In this document: in pieces, positions 1 to 10,897 of the stretch
Layout of the letters: every line of letters begins with the position of its first letter
Numbering within the stretch: the first letter of the stretch is position 1
NCBI GenBank assembly: GCA_963697895.1
Contig: OY969100.1
Location: 1,024,001-1,088,000 of the forward strand
Origin: an uncultured Methanomicrobiales archaeon
GTDB lineage: Archaea; Halobacteriota; Methanomicrobia; Methanomicrobiales; Methanospirillaceae
DNA length: 64,000 nt
Reading direction: 5' to 3'
Program-made: the position numbers and the translations under genes
Notes under the pieces: model-generated
Database searches by the model: none
What the model saw: only the letters and a program-made list of their open reading frames with translations
Told to the model about the DNA's origin: nothing

Positions 1-1040
1 ACCTGGGAACGTCCACGAACCGTATCAATCCCTCCGAAGAGATCGAAAAGGGGCTGATCGCGGAGAAATACGGGGCGGACACGATCAGCGACCTCTCGAT
101 GGGTGGCGACATCACCGGGATCCGGAGAGAGATCCTGCGGCAGACCCGACTTCCGGTCACCACCGTGCCGATCTACCAGGTTGCCGCAGAGTGCGGGCTC
201 GATGCCATGACCGCCGGGGACATCCTCGCCACCATCCGCTCGCAGGCACAGGACGGGGTATCTTCGATGGTGCTCCACTGCGTGAATACGGGGATGCTCG
301 ATTTGTTCCGTCAGCGGAGACGGATCCTCGGCATGGTCTCGAAGGGAGGGGCGATCACCGGTGCGTTCATGCGGATCCATGACTGCGAAAACCCGTTCAT
401 CGGGAATTTTGATGAGATCCTCGCGATCCTGAAGGAATACGACATCGTGCTCTCGCTCGGGAACACCGCCCGGAGCGGGTGCATCCACGATCTCCCGGAC
501 GAGATACAGCGCGAGGAACTCCGGCAGAACCGGGAACTGGCGTACCGGGCGCATGCGGAGGGGGTCCAGACGATCGTCGAGGGGGCCGGGGGTCACATCC
601 GGACCGACCGGATCCGGGACCATATCCGGTACTATAAAGAAAGCATGCCGTTCCCGCTCTTCGTCGCCGGACCGCTCCCCACCGATACCGCATTCGGATA
701 CGATCACATCGCCGGCTGCGTGGGGGCGAGTATCGCAAGCGGAGCCGGTGCCGATTATCTCTGCGCCATTACCCCCGCGGAACACTTGGGGCTTCCCGGA
801 CCGGGGGACGTGAAAGAGGGACTGATCGCATTCCGTATAGCGGCATATATCGGTGATTCCCTGAAGTACGGCAGGGATGAGAAGGACAAAATCATCGCGG
901 AGAAGAGGGCTGTCTTCGACCGGGAAGGCCAGATCTGCCTGGCACTGGACCGCGAACGTGCTGAGACGCTCTCTTCGGGGAATGCCGGGTGCACGATGTG
1001 CGGGGAGTTCTGCGCGATTAAACTCATGAAATTATTGTGA
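1..1040 (+). CDS. thiC: ThiC-family radical SAM protein (phosphomethylpyrimidine synthase or BzaA/B-like paralogue), 5' end outside the window
   Basis: Frame is open from position 3 (LGTST..EKYGADTISDLSMGGD). Motifs SKGG, YDH, TPAEHLGLP and C-terminal CTMCGEFC Fe-S motif. Confidence 0.85.
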   Translation, partial: LGTSTNRINPSEEIEKGLIAEKYGADTISDLSMGGDITGIRREILRQTRLPVTTVPIYQVAAECGLDAMTAGDILATIRSQAQDGVSSMVLHCVNTGMLDLFRQRRRILGMVSKGGAITGAFMRIHDCENPFIGNFDEILAILKEYDIVLSLGNTARSGCIHDLPDEIQREELRQNRELAYRAHAEGVQTIVEGAGGHIRTDRIRDHIRYYKESMPFPLFVAGPLPTDTAFGYDHIAGCVGASIASGAGADYLCAITPAEHLGLPGPGDVKEGLIAFRIAAYIGDSLKYGRDEKDKIIAEKRAVFDREGQICLALDRERAETLSSGNAGCTMCGEFCAIKLMKLL

Positions 1041-1049
1041 ACACGATCG

Positions 1050-1520
1050 TCACAGATACAGCGCAATGACCAGCAGGCCCGTGGAGACTGCGACGTATAA
1101 GATCCCCGGGATGAGGTGGGCCCAGAAATAGGGGCGGATCTCGAGTGACGGTGACTTCTGTTCTTCTTCGGAGAAGAATTTCCGGGGATAGCCGTGCAGG
1201 AGGGCTTCATAGATCCGGAAGTAGCCGAAGCTGTAAAAGGAACTGATGCTGACGAGCATGATGTTCACTACCCCGGTGACGGTTGCTTCGAACGTGACGT
1301 CGTATATCCCGAGCAGGGTAAACATGATGGCAAACTGCAGGATCGGGAGGAGAAACAGTACGATCCACGCAGCGAACAGCCGGTTGATATTTTGGGACTT
1401 CCCCAGCCACGCATTGTACGTGTCGTAGGGTCGGTACGTCTCATGGGAACGGTCGATGATCAGGGTGAAATAAATCGCGAAAAAAATAGAGAAAACGATC
1501 TGGGCTTCGTTCAGGTCCAT
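1050..1520 (-). CDS. Hypothetical multi-pass membrane protein
   Basis: 156-aa ORF with about 4 hydrophobic segments, directly downstream of 1522-1935. Confidence 0.75.
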   Translation of the reverse strand: MDLNEAQIVFSIFFAIYFTLIIDRSHETYRPYDTYNAWLGKSQNINRLFAAWIVLFLLPILQFAIMFTLLGIYDVTFEATVTGVVNIMLVSISSFYSFGYFRIYEALLHGYPRKFFSEEEQKSPSLEIRPYFWAHLIPGILYVAVSTGLLVIALYL

Positions 1521-1521
1521 G

Positions 1522-1935
1522 TTATTTATTAATTACCAACGGGCACTGGCTGGGTGTGGGTATGGTAAACCAGTCATCCCAGGACTTCGGGGCGGTGCTT
1601 GACGTATCGACCGCACTGGTCACGGATGCGATGGTTCCCTCATAGAACGAACCCGGGGGGGTGTATGTCATGATCGGGAATACGGATGGTAAGACGGTCG
1701 ATACCGGTACTCCGATCACGGGAGAGAAATCCTGGACGAACGGACTCACGATGGAGGGTACGACCGGGGTGAATGTACTCGGAGAATCGAAAATGTAGAG
1801 CTCCGGTTGAAACCCTGCCGTGCTCACCAACGCATCGGCTGACATTGAGCTGGCGGTGACTCCCGGGATGCCGAGAACCAGGACGGCCGCGATCATGAAC
1901 GTGAGAACTAACTTTTTCAACTGTATCAGCTCCAT
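1522..1935 (-). CDS. Hypothetical secreted Pro/Ser/Thr-rich protein
   Basis: N-terminal signal peptide-like segment followed by a low-complexity P/S/T/V region. Confidence 0.65.
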   Translation of the reverse strand: MELIQLKKLVLTFMIAAVLVLGIPGVTASSMSADALVSTAGFQPELYIFDSPSTFTPVVPSIVSPFVQDFSPVIGVPVSTVLPSVFPIMTYTPPGSFYEGTIASVTSAVDTSSTAPKSWDDWFTIPTPSQCPLVINK

Positions 1936-2392
1936 CTGGTAAGGAAATTTTCTCTGTAACCGTATATATTCATCTGATGCTCTTGGTCAGGAGAAATACC
2001 GCACCAAACCCAACAAGATTCCCGGGTGTTACCCCGGATGAGTGATAGGGGGGGTGCGAATCCCCTTGCAAACCTTACCCAACCCTGCCGCACCTTGCAG
2101 CACCACACCTAACCCGACCCACTTCCGAGATCCCGATGTATGGGACCGACCGGGTGACCGACCCATTCGGGTCTGCAGGATGAACCTGGCGGTGCATGGG
2201 CTGTCCGGCGATATCAGGGAAGCGAACTCGAACTATGAGGACCCGCACCAGTCATTCGGGAAATTCGTCAACGGTCTGTGTATCCATGCGGTTAGACACA
2301 GAGCGTTCGGCTCCGGGAATTCCAGAGGAAGACCCGGAGCCGCTTTTTTTAGCCTTCACGGGGCAGAGAATTTTTTGCGCGTTCCCCTGCCC

Positions 2393-4927
2393 CTAATCCC
2401 GCAACCTGAACCGGATCGCCCGGTCATGAATGATGTCGTCGTAATCGGCACCAGAGGCCGTGGCCGGATTGAGGTAGGCCCGGTAGCCGATGATTATCGG
2501 GTCGTTAAGCCCGAGACAATAACCGGGGCTCGCGCACGGATGTTCCGGGGTTGCGGTCGGCACGACGACAAAGTATTTGTCATGCTTGTCCTGCGGCGGC
2601 TGGCGAAGCACCTTCACCGCGTACAGGTAGGGCGCCATCGGGTCCCCGGGGATGTATTCCTCTGCGCTCCCGGTGAAAGCGTGGCTGGTCATGCTCACCA
2701 CGCCGTTCCAGCTGCGGTCGCCGCACCCGAACACGTACTGCCACGGGTTGTCCTGGCACGAACTGGTGACCCAGTCTCCGTACACCCCGAAATTGGAATA
2801 GGTAGCCAGGCCGGTTGCCGCATGGTTGACCCCGTAGACCACAACCATATCGTCGTTCCCCAGCGTGAAATTGGCAGCCTCGCCGGAAAGCGACGTCCGC
2901 AGGTAGGGCGTGTCGGAGCCTTCCCCGGCAACGAACTTGTGGTAGAGGGGCGAGCCGGGGTCAGCCTCCTCCAGCACCTCCCTTGAATCGGCAAACCAGC
3001 GGATGGATTCATAGGATTCGTAACTGACATTGGGCGTCTGGGCGAGGATGGCGTTTTTCAGTCGCTCCAGCCCGGCATTCAGGTCGGGATAGAGCTCGCT
3101 CTCGCTCCTCCATGTGCGGACCCGCTGCCCGGGCGTGGGGTAAGGGTCCAGCACCGGCGCCTGTTCGGGCGTAACCCGCCATACCCTGGCATAATGGTCG
3201 TCACTGAGGTACTGGTCCCCCTCGGCCTTGCTGGCGAAGTTAGCCGTGCGCATCAGGATGACAAACGAATCGGCGAGCGGGGTCTCGGGAAGGACGCCGA
3301 GATTCAGCAGCCCGGAAGGAATGACATAGGGATTGATCATGGATTCGGGATAGCCGGCCGCCCGGGCCATGGCCGCTACATGCTCGTAGACTCCCCTGTC
3401 CGCCGTGAAGATCACGATCGTCTGTTTGCTGAAGGGTGTGCCGCCCCCCTCGGTCTTGATCAGGGCGTTGTTCAGCGGATCGTTCACGGCGGCGTTCATC
3501 CAGTCCCCTTTGCGAACGAGGCTGTCCTTGTGCCGGACCCAGAGGTAGACCGTGAAGCTGAAGTAGTCGCACTGTGGCGGGGTCGGCCCCAGGTAGACAA
3601 CAGCCTCGTCAGGCCTGAGCCGAAAAATCGTGAGCCCCCTCTCGAAAGGATTTTCCTCGCCGAGAGGGGAGATCGGAACCATCAGCACTTTGTAGGGTTG
3701 GCCTGCGTTGTTGCCGTTGGCTGAATCACCGATGCCGGAGTCCAGCAGATCGACGATCGGATCGACGGGTGTCATTTGGCCGCTGTTGACAATAAATCCG
3801 TTTGCCTCCAGCGTTGCCCGAAAGGACGCAGCCCGGCCCTGGTCCTCGTCACTGGCGCCGGGCGGAACTATATCGGGCACGGTAACAGGGAGTATGTCAC
3901 CGGGTGCGATGATGTCCGGTTGCACAGGGAGTATGCTGGGCACGGTAACAGGGATTATGTCACCGGGTGCGATGATGTCCGGTTGCACAGGGATTATGCT
4001 GGGCACGGTAACAGGGATTATGTCGCCGGGTGCGATGCTGTCCGGTTGCACAGGGATTATGTCGCCGGGTGCGATGCTGTCCGGTTGCACAGGGATTATG
4101 TCGCCGGGTGCGATGCTGTCCGACGGTTTGAAGGTATAGGGAGTAATAGTAACGGTGCGGGCTGCTGAAACGGTCTTGCCGATGTAGTCAGACCCGTCGG
4201 GTGCCTTGTAGTTGTCCTTGATACCGTTCACGTTGCATTCTGCGGTGACAGTATAGACCCCGGCCTTGTACATCCGGGTGCCCTGGGAGTCGAGTACCCC
4301 GGTGTTCCACCCGATGGTGTTGTCGTTGTTGGGGGTCACCCAGTACGCCGGCTGCTGGGCCACATTAACCTTGAGCAGCGGGATGGAAGTGCTGGTCGTC
4401 TGATAGAGTGCGTTATACACGAAGCCGTCAGCGGTCTTCACCTTGATGGTGAACTGGCCATCAGTAGCGGCGTTGTAGTTCGGCCGCTGGGAGATCGTGT
4501 AGAGGTTACTCTCAATCCGGAAGTTCAGAAAGTCGCCGGCCGGGACAGACTTACCCGAGGCATCCTTTACCGTCTTCTGGTCCCAGACCTTGACATCGAT
4601 TGACGGGTCAAGAACATTGAATGCCACTTCTCCCGGGCTGCCGGTCCACCTGTACCAGTGACCCGTTCTTCCCCCGAAGATCGAGGGCGCCACGGAGAAA
4701 TTGGCCGGATCCCCGACAGTCAATACATAATCGGGTACATCGGTTGCCGGGACGGTTCCTGCGGCAAACCATGCAAGACTTGTTGCCGTTCCTGCGCAGG
4801 CCGAAATGTCGAGACCCTGTTCACCGATGAACACATCGTTGCCTGTTCCAATCGTCTTTACCTCTGCAGAAGCAAGTGGGATAATTGCCACTAGCAGTAT
4901 GAATAGAAAATAATACGCCCTCATCAA
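2393..4927 (-). CDS. Secreted DUF3821-type surface protein with a tandem-repeat linker and a large unknown C-terminal domain
   Basis: Signal peptide; N-terminus ([28 protein letters not shown]) resembles Methanomicrobiales DUF3821 proteins; [12 protein letters not shown] repeats. Confidence 0.75.
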   Translation of the reverse strand: MMRAYYFLFILLVAIIPLASAEVKTIGTGNDVFIGEQGLDISACAGTATSLAWFAAGTVPATDVPDYVLTVGDPANFSVAPSIFGGRTGHWYRWTGSPGEVAFNVLDPSIDVKVWDQKTVKDASGKSVPAGDFLNFRIESNLYTISQRPNYNAATDGQFTIKVKTADGFVYNALYQTTSTSIPLLKVNVAQQPAYWVTPNNDNTIGWNTGVLDSQGTRMYKAGVYTVTAECNVNGIKDNYKAPDGSDYIGKTVSAARTVTITPYTFKPSDSIAPGDIIPVQPDSIAPGDIIPVQPDSIAPGDIIPVTVPSIIPVQPDIIAPGDIIPVTVPSILPVQPDIIAPGDILPVTVPDIVPPGASDEDQGRAASFRATLEANGFIVNSGQMTPVDPIVDLLDSGIGDSANGNNAGQPYKVLMVPISPLGEENPFERGLTIFRLRPDEAVVYLGPTPPQCDYFSFTVYLWVRHKDSLVRKGDWMNAAVNDPLNNALIKTEGGGTPFSKQTIVIFTADRGVYEHVAAMARAAGYPESMINPYVIPSGLLNLGVLPETPLADSFVILMRTANFASKAEGDQYLSDDHYARVWRVTPEQAPVLDPYPTPGQRVRTWRSESELYPDLNAGLERLKNAILAQTPNVSYESYESIRWFADSREVLEEADPGSPLYHKFVAGEGSDTPYLRTSLSGEAANFTLGNDDMVVVYGVNHAATGLATYSNFGVYGDWVTSSCQDNPWQYVFGCGDRSWNGVVSMTSHAFTGSAEEYIPGDPMAPYLYAVKVLRQPPQDKHDKYFVVVPTATPEHPCASPGYCLGLNDPIIIGYRAYLNPATASGADYDDIIHDRAIRFRLRD
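3860..4122 (-). repeat. Coding tandem repeats (39-bp and 60-bp units)
   Basis: acagggattatgtcgccgggtgcgatgctgtccggttgc is repeated; encodes [13 protein letters not shown] and [21 protein letters not shown]-type units. Confidence 0.95.
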
Positions 4928-5484
4928 GCCACCTTTTATATAGACATTACTGAATTGTTTTTTGCCATATTTTGCTATATATAAGCTTAGCAGGGAAGTC
5001 AGGGAAGTTATGGTGCATTTCTTCGCGGTTGTATGGATTGTACTCAGTAAGATTTCATATACGAGGGGGTAAAAGCATGTCTAACGGGAGTCCCTCTGCT
5101 CTGATGGGGGCGGGGGTGTTTTGCCCCGGGGTTCACCATCGGTGCTGCAATTGGCGGGGCGCCTGGCATGACCCTACACCTGATTGCCCCGGCGAAGTCG
5201 TCCAGATCCCCAGACCAATATATCTGAAGTCTGGCGAATGGCCGGTTAATGCGAATTAATCTGCCATTTTCACGTGAGTTTGCGTATGATTTCTCCATAT
5301 TTGTCAAGATTCCGCTGCTCCTGAAGGCATTTTCACCTCCGTTACCACATCCTCGTGTTCAGGCATTTCTGCGCCGTATCGAAGATTTGGATTTTGATGA
5401 AAATCAGCTCATTTTAGCATTCGCAGGTCAAAAAAGATTTGGACTCTGTCAGGAATCCCATCCCCTGCACGGTCAATCTCATTT

Positions 5485-6267
5485 CTAAAAAGGTGATCTC
5501 TTTCCTGCGCCACCCGAGCCAGATTTTGTTTCAATGGTCAGGTCATCGGTGGCAGCAAGAAGGCCCGGGCATTCCTTTCCATAAGTCCGTTCGAGCTCGT
5601 GCCGTTCCTCGAGGGTCGTGTATTTGTTGGCCCCGAAATGGATCAGGGCAAGCCTCTTTGCATGGGCTTCCCGTGCGATGCGGATCGCATCTTCCGGGTT
5701 CAGGTGCGGCCAGTACGGGCTCTCCTCCCCGGGTTTCAGCCCGCACTCGGCGATCAGGAGGTCCGCGTTCCGGGCGAGGAGGACGGCATTCTCGCAGAAG
5801 CCGGTATCGGTGCAGAAGGCGATCTTCTTCCCCTCGATGGTGATCGCGTACCCGAAGCAGGGGACGGGATGGACCAGCGGCCGGCACTCGACGGGGATGG
5901 GAACACGGTGACTTCCTTCCGCAAGCCCGGTGAACGTGACCGGGAACGGGAGCTCCTCGAACGGCACGGTGAACGGTTCCCTGACGAATGACCGGAGCAC
6001 GGCTTCGATCCCGATCTGACCGCAGATGGAGAGCGGGTGCCGGAACCGGAACTTCATGAGGGTATGCAGCCCGGCGATGTGGTCGATGTGGTAATGGCTG
6101 ATGAACAGGAACGTCGGCTTCTCCTGGCTGATGTACCGGTCGGCCTTTGCGATGCCGTTGCCGGCGTCGAAGATGATATCGTATTCCTCGGACCGGACCA
6201 GCACCGAGCAGGTATTCCCGGTGAGGGTGTCGTACCACCCGTTCGTGCCCAGAAAGGTGACCTTCAT
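5485..6267 (-). CDS. MBL-fold metallo-hydrolase (RNase Z-like)
   Basis: MKVTFLGT start, FDAG, SHYHIDH (HxHxDH), TDT, ECG, PHL and LIHF motifs. Confidence 0.85.
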   Translation of the reverse strand: MKVTFLGTNGWYDTLTGNTCSVLVRSEEYDIIFDAGNGIAKADRYISQEKPTFLFISHYHIDHIAGLHTLMKFRFRHPLSICGQIGIEAVLRSFVREPFTVPFEELPFPVTFTGLAEGSHRVPIPVECRPLVHPVPCFGYAITIEGKKIAFCTDTGFCENAVLLARNADLLIAECGLKPGEESPYWPHLNPEDAIRIAREAHAKRLALIHFGANKYTTLEERHELERTYGKECPGLLAATDDLTIETKSGSGGAGKRSPF

Positions 6268-6635
6268 CTCTTCCGGGTATGGCGGCGGAAGACAAAAAGA
6301 CCGGGTACTCGTCCGGCCATAATTGTTATTGTCCTTGATGTCCGATCCTCCACTTTCCAAACGTCACGAGGTTATGGATGACCGGTCCGGTCTCGCGGGA
6401 GAAAGATATGCCGGAACCGGAGGAGACCGGTTTTCCTGGCGTAAAACCTTCCGGAATGGGTTTTTCTTTATGGATGCTCCCTGCCTTCCTTCCCGCGACA
6501 CAAGTATTATAGCACCCGGGTTCCATGGGCATATGCTCTGAGGGGGGTGACCGGAAGTATCTTCGGTGAATACATTCACCGGTTTTTCCGCGATCGGAGG
6601 AGTTCTCAGGGCAGTGAAATGAAGGATTGAGCAGA

Positions 6636-6944
6636 ATGACCAGGTTCTACATGAAATGGCAGTTGGATCCATTGTTTACTCCTCATCATCCGGAAGAGCG
6701 GGTAACACTGTGGTTGTCCATGCTTGAGATGGTAAAAGCGGATCTGAAATCGGGTGGTCTGGCGGACTGGGGAGTCTGCAATGACAATAGCGAAGGGTAT
6801 TGTTTTGCCGAAACAGATGAAAAAACCCTCCACGCGACGATCCTGAAGTGGATGCCCTATGTCAGGTTCGAGGTCAAGCCGGTGCTTACGGTCGATCAGG
6901 TTATAGCAAATATCAAGCAGCTGGCAGCGGCCACCAAAAAGTAA
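6636..6944 (+). CDS. DUF3303-like small protein
   Basis: MTRFYMKW..LADWG..GY..WMPYVRFEVKPVLTVDQ pattern; followed by a T-rich tract. Confidence 0.65.
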   Translation: MTRFYMKWQLDPLFTPHHPEERVTLWLSMLEMVKADLKSGGLADWGVCNDNSEGYCFAETDEKTLHATILKWMPYVRFEVKPVLTVDQVIANIKQLAAATKK

Positions 6945-7290
6945 CCGTACCCGGTAATTTTTTTATTTTATCCTTTAATCCCCGGGATCTTACCCGATCT
7001 TCCCGGACCATACCCATTCCTGAACGCCGATGGCCCTCGAATATTTCTTCATCGCTCCCGGATCGTCAGGGTATCGCGGGACGGTCCCCTGATCGGGGCA
7101 AATGCCTCCGGATCAGCAGACATCTACCCCGTCGATCCGGAATGTATCCCGATTGCGAAGGATATATGGGTGCTCCGGTGTGTAGCGTGAACAGGGTAAA
7201 AACATTCCCGATCAACACACATTTATATACCGATTCAGATGTATCCACACGAATATCCATCCCTGATGAGAGTGATCCCGTACGATCTCC

Positions 7291-9849
7291 GTGCTCTATG
7301 TCGATGATGAAGTATCGCTTCTCGAGATCGGGAAATGGTACCTGGAGAAGACAGGCAGTTTCACTGTCGATACCGCAGGGTCTGCCGGAACCGCACTCCT
7401 GAAGCTGGGGGAGCGTGCTTACGATGCCGTCGTATCGGATTACCAGATGCCGGAGATGAACGGTATCGAACTCCTGAAGAGAGTACGGAAGGAATACCCC
7501 GCACTTCCGTTCATCATCTTCACCGGAAGGGGGGGAGACGACGTTGCCCGGGAGGCGATAGAAAACGGTGCAAATTCCTATATCCAGAAGAGCGATGCGC
7601 CGGATTCGCAGTTCGCAGAACTGATTGAGAAGTTCCGGAGTATTATTGCCGCGAGACAGCGGGAGACCGGCCGGGATGTCCCCGGAACCCGCTACCGGAG
7701 GCTTTTCGAGACGGCCCAGGACGGCATCCTGATCCTCGACGAGAAAACCGGAGATATCATCGATGCAAATCCCTTCATCCTGGCCCTGCTCGGGTATTCG
7801 CGTGGGGAAATAATCGGTAAAAAACCCTGGGACGAGAACGGGTGCATCCAGGATAAGGTGCGTGCCAAAGACGCGTTCATCGCGCTGAAGAAGAACGGGA
7901 ATATCCGCTATGAAGTGCTTACCCTCCAGACCAAATCCGGGAAGATCCTCGATGTCGGGTTCACCGGCACGGTCTACCCGGTGGATGGGACGACCGTCAT
8001 CCAGTGCATTATCCGGGACATCACGGATCGCATACGAGCGGAGGACGCACTCCGGGAGAGCGAGGAGAAATACCGGGATTTCTTCCGGACATCCCGGGAC
8101 GGCGTCTTCATCACGACCATGGACGGCAGTCTCGATGACATGAACGACGGCCTGGTGGAACTGTTCGGATATGCGGATGCGGAAGAACTGCGGAGGGTCA
8201 ACGTCCTCGACCTGTACGCAGACCCTGAGGAACGGAAAGAACATATCCGTACGGTCCAGGAGCGGGGTTCCGCCAGGGACTACCCGGTCACCCTCCGGAA
8301 GAAAGACGGAGACGTGATCCATTCCCTGATCACGACCGTCGTCCGGAAAGATGGCGACGGGAATGCGATCGGGTTCCAGGGCACGATCCGGGACGTCACC
8401 GAACGTCTGCGGACGGAGAATGCATTGCGGGAGAGCGAAGAGAAGTTCCGGAACATCTTCGATCAGATCAACGATGCGATACATATCATTGAAATACAGG
8501 AAAACGGGCATCCCGGCAGGTTCGTCGAGGTAAATGACGTCGCATGCCGGATGCTCGGGTACGGCCGGGAAGAACTGCTCTCTCAGGGTCCCCTCGATTC
8601 TGTCACGGAGTATCACAGCCATCTCATGGAAGGCATCGTGCACGATCTCGCAACAAAGGGATACACCATATTCGAGACGGAACACCGGAGAAAAGACGGG
8701 AGTGTCGTCCCGGTGGAGATCAACGCCCGGAGGGTCAGCCTACTGGGACAGGATCTGATCCTGGCGATCGTCAGGGATATCACCGAACGCAGACAGGCGG
8801 AGGAGGCATTGCAGGAGAGCGAGAAACGGTACCGGAATGTCGTGGAGGGTCAGACCGAGTTCATCTGCCGGTTTACCCCGGACGGGACCCACATCTTCGT
8901 GAATGAAGCGTATTGCCGCTATTTCGGGAAGGGGCGCGAGGAATTGATCGGGTACCGCTTCACCCCGGGTATCCTTCCCGAGGATCGGCAACCGCTCCGG
9001 GACCATTTTGTGTCGCTCACGATCGAGAACCCGGTTGCAACGGTGGAACACCGTATCGGTATGCCGGACGGGACGATCCGCTGGCAGAACTGGAGCGATC
9101 GTGCGATATTCGACCCGCAGGGGAAACTCGTTGAATACCAGTCGGTCGGCCGGGACGTCACCGACCGGAAGGAGGCGGAGCTCGCCCTGAAGACCGCACA
9201 TGAGAAGCTGAACATGCTCAACAGCATCACCCGTCACGACATCCAGAACAAGCTAATGGTGGTCCGGGGGTACATCAGCATCATCGGGGATGCCGTCCGG
9301 GATCCCGATATTCTCCCGTACCTGGAGAAGATGAAAAATGCTGCGGGGGCGATCGGGGAACAGCTGGAGTTCGCCCGGGACTACCAGGACCTGGGGATGA
9401 AATTTCCGGTCTGGCTCACGCTCGGCAACGTATTAAAACAGGTCGGTTTCCAGATGCCCCCGGGTCCCCCGGATATGGAGACCGATTTCGGGGAGGATCT
9501 TCAGGTGTATGCCGACCCGTTGTTCTTCAAGGTCTGGTACAACCTCTGGGAGAACACGCTCCGTCATGCCGGACAGGCAACCACGATCACGGTGACCGCG
9601 AAAGAGACCCCGGAGGGCCTGGTCATTATCTATGCAGACGATGGCCAGGGGATTCCTCTTTCTGAAAAAGAGAATATATTCGAACGGGGGCACGGGAAGA
9701 ATACCGGTCTCGGCCTCTTCTTTGTCCGGGAGATCCTCGCGATCACCGGGATGACGATCCGGGAGACCGGGGAACCCGGAAAGGGCGCACGGTTCGAGAT
9801 CACGGTCCCGAAGGGGGCATACCGGTTCGCGGGCAGTGAAGATCCTTAA
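7291..9849 (+). CDS. Hybrid sensor histidine kinase (REC - multiple PAS - HisKA/HATPase)
   Basis: LYVDDE..SDYQMPEMNG receiver domain; four PAS units ending RD(I/V)T(E/D)R; ITRHDIQNKL H-box; DDGQGI, GLGL and GARF boxes. Confidence 0.95.
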   Translation: MLYVDDEVSLLEIGKWYLEKTGSFTVDTAGSAGTALLKLGERAYDAVVSDYQMPEMNGIELLKRVRKEYPALPFIIFTGRGGDDVAREAIENGANSYIQKSDAPDSQFAELIEKFRSIIAARQRETGRDVPGTRYRRLFETAQDGILILDEKTGDIIDANPFILALLGYSRGEIIGKKPWDENGCIQDKVRAKDAFIALKKNGNIRYEVLTLQTKSGKILDVGFTGTVYPVDGTTVIQCIIRDITDRIRAEDALRESEEKYRDFFRTSRDGVFITTMDGSLDDMNDGLVELFGYADAEELRRVNVLDLYADPEERKEHIRTVQERGSARDYPVTLRKKDGDVIHSLITTVVRKDGDGNAIGFQGTIRDVTERLRTENALRESEEKFRNIFDQINDAIHIIEIQENGHPGRFVEVNDVACRMLGYGREELLSQGPLDSVTEYHSHLMEGIVHDLATKGYTIFETEHRRKDGSVVPVEINARRVSLLGQDLILAIVRDITERRQAEEALQESEKRYRNVVEGQTEFICRFTPDGTHIFVNEAYCRYFGKGREELIGYRFTPGILPEDRQPLRDHFVSLTIENPVATVEHRIGMPDGTIRWQNWSDRAIFDPQGKLVEYQSVGRDVTDRKEAELALKTAHEKLNMLNSITRHDIQNKLMVVRGYISIIGDAVRDPDILPYLEKMKNAAGAIGEQLEFARDYQDLGMKFPVWLTLGNVLKQVGFQMPPGPPDMETDFGEDLQVYADPLFFKVWYNLWENTLRHAGQATTITVTAKETPEGLVIIYADDGQGIPLSEKENIFERGHGKNTGLGLFFVREILAITGMTIRETGEPGKGARFEITVPKGAYRFAGSEDP

Positions 9850-9982
9850 CCGGCAATTTTTACTTCCCTTGTCCGTGCACTGTTCACCGGGCGACTACCG
9901 GTGGGATTTCCCCTGTGGAGAGGATCATACACTATTCGGGTTTTCTAAAAAAAAGGGAGACCGGCCGTTCTGCCGATCTTCA

Positions 9983-10084
9983 TTACTTCTTTTCTTTCTT
10001 CTTCTCTTCTTCCTTCTTCTCAGCTTTCTCGTCTCGTCGTCCGGAAACTGCCTTTGCTCCGACGACCTTCTTTGCTAGGCCCAT
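9983..10084 (-). CDS. 33-aa Lys/Glu-rich small protein (MGLAKKVVGAKAVSGRRDEKAEKKEEEKKKEKK)
   Basis: Read manually (below the ORF track cutoff). GGAGGT SD upstream of the ATG and an AT-rich TATA-like element further upstream. Confidence 0.6.
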   Translation of the reverse strand: MGLAKKVVGAKAVSGRRDEKAEKKEEEKKKEKK

Positions 10085-10399
10085 ACCGAGTTACACCTCC
10101 TAGCTCAACAGTCTACCAACGGAATCAGATTCCGTCGATGTTGTGCTTGAAGCTATATCCATATGTTATGATTTAAATATTTGTTGGACGGCCGGAGGAA
10201 ATCCGGTGGTATTGACGACCCGGTTCAGGAACCTGCCCGATCGGGAAAAGGAAAAAAGTCGAGGTAATGAGCCGGTGATCCCCGGGTGCAATATCAGATA
10301 TCCAAGGTCTTATCGGGGGAAACCGAATTCCGAATCGTACCCCTTAACATGATAATAATCCGGACCTCCCGGTTCTTTCCAGTAAAAGGAAGTTCACCA

Positions 10400-10657
10400 T
10401 TAAATTTTCTCGTAAATATTCCTCCTGTGTCCGACGCGGACGACAAGGACCACCAGTTTTTGGTGCAGTATATCGAGAATAACCCTGTACTCGCCGACAT
10501 GAACGGAATACAGGGGAGAGTCGTTTAACCGGTACACAGAACTAACCGGGTCGTCCCGGATCTCCTCCAGGGTCGAGATAATCCGGGCGATCACATCCTT
10601 CGGTAATTTTTTTAAATCCTTAATCGCCCGCGGGGATAGAATGATCTCGTAGGGCAT
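10400..10657 (-). CDS. Type II toxin, RelE/ParE family
   Basis: YEIILSPRAIKDLKKL..HVGEYRVI..VRVGHRRNIY. Confidence 0.9.
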   Translation of the reverse strand: MPYEIILSPRAIKDLKKLPKDVIARIISTLEEIRDDPVSSVYRLNDSPLYSVHVGEYRVILDILHQKLVVLVVRVGHRRNIYEKI

Positions 10658-10897
10658 TTAAAAGAGCCCTAATTCTTTTTTGGCGTCATTGAGCGTGTAA
10701 TATTTGCCGTCCCGTATCTCTTCCAGCGACTCAGCGATTGCCAGGCGGTCCTCCTCCGTCAATGGTTCGGGATCGGTCATCCGGTCGAGTAACCGGCCGA
10801 TCACCGTATCATAGGATTCTTTCGGATGAACCTTCAGCCTGGTTAACCGCTCCCGGTTTTGCGGACTGATCCGTACACACGATGTAGACGAGGGCAT
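10658..10897 (-). CDS. Antitoxin cognate to the RelE toxin
   Basis: RERLTRLKVHPKESYDTVIGRLL..SLEEIRDGKYYTLNDAKKELGL; abuts the toxin start. Confidence 0.85.
   Translation of the reverse strand: MPSSTSCVRISPQNRERLTRLKVHPKESYDTVIGRLLDRMTDPEPLTEEDRLAIAESLEEIRDGKYYTLNDAKKELGLF

Noticed and set aside
2040-2075. tRNA-like T-arm (gggggtgcgaatcccc)
   Set aside because: The loop lacks TTC, and no acceptor, D or anticodon arms can be formed.
7066-8685. 539-aa antisense ORF (also 15807-16988, 21036-21974, 35465-36973, 39776-40735, 44263-45078, 48828-50189)
   Set aside because: These are shadow frames overlapping well-supported genes in GC-rich DNA and have no recognisable motifs.
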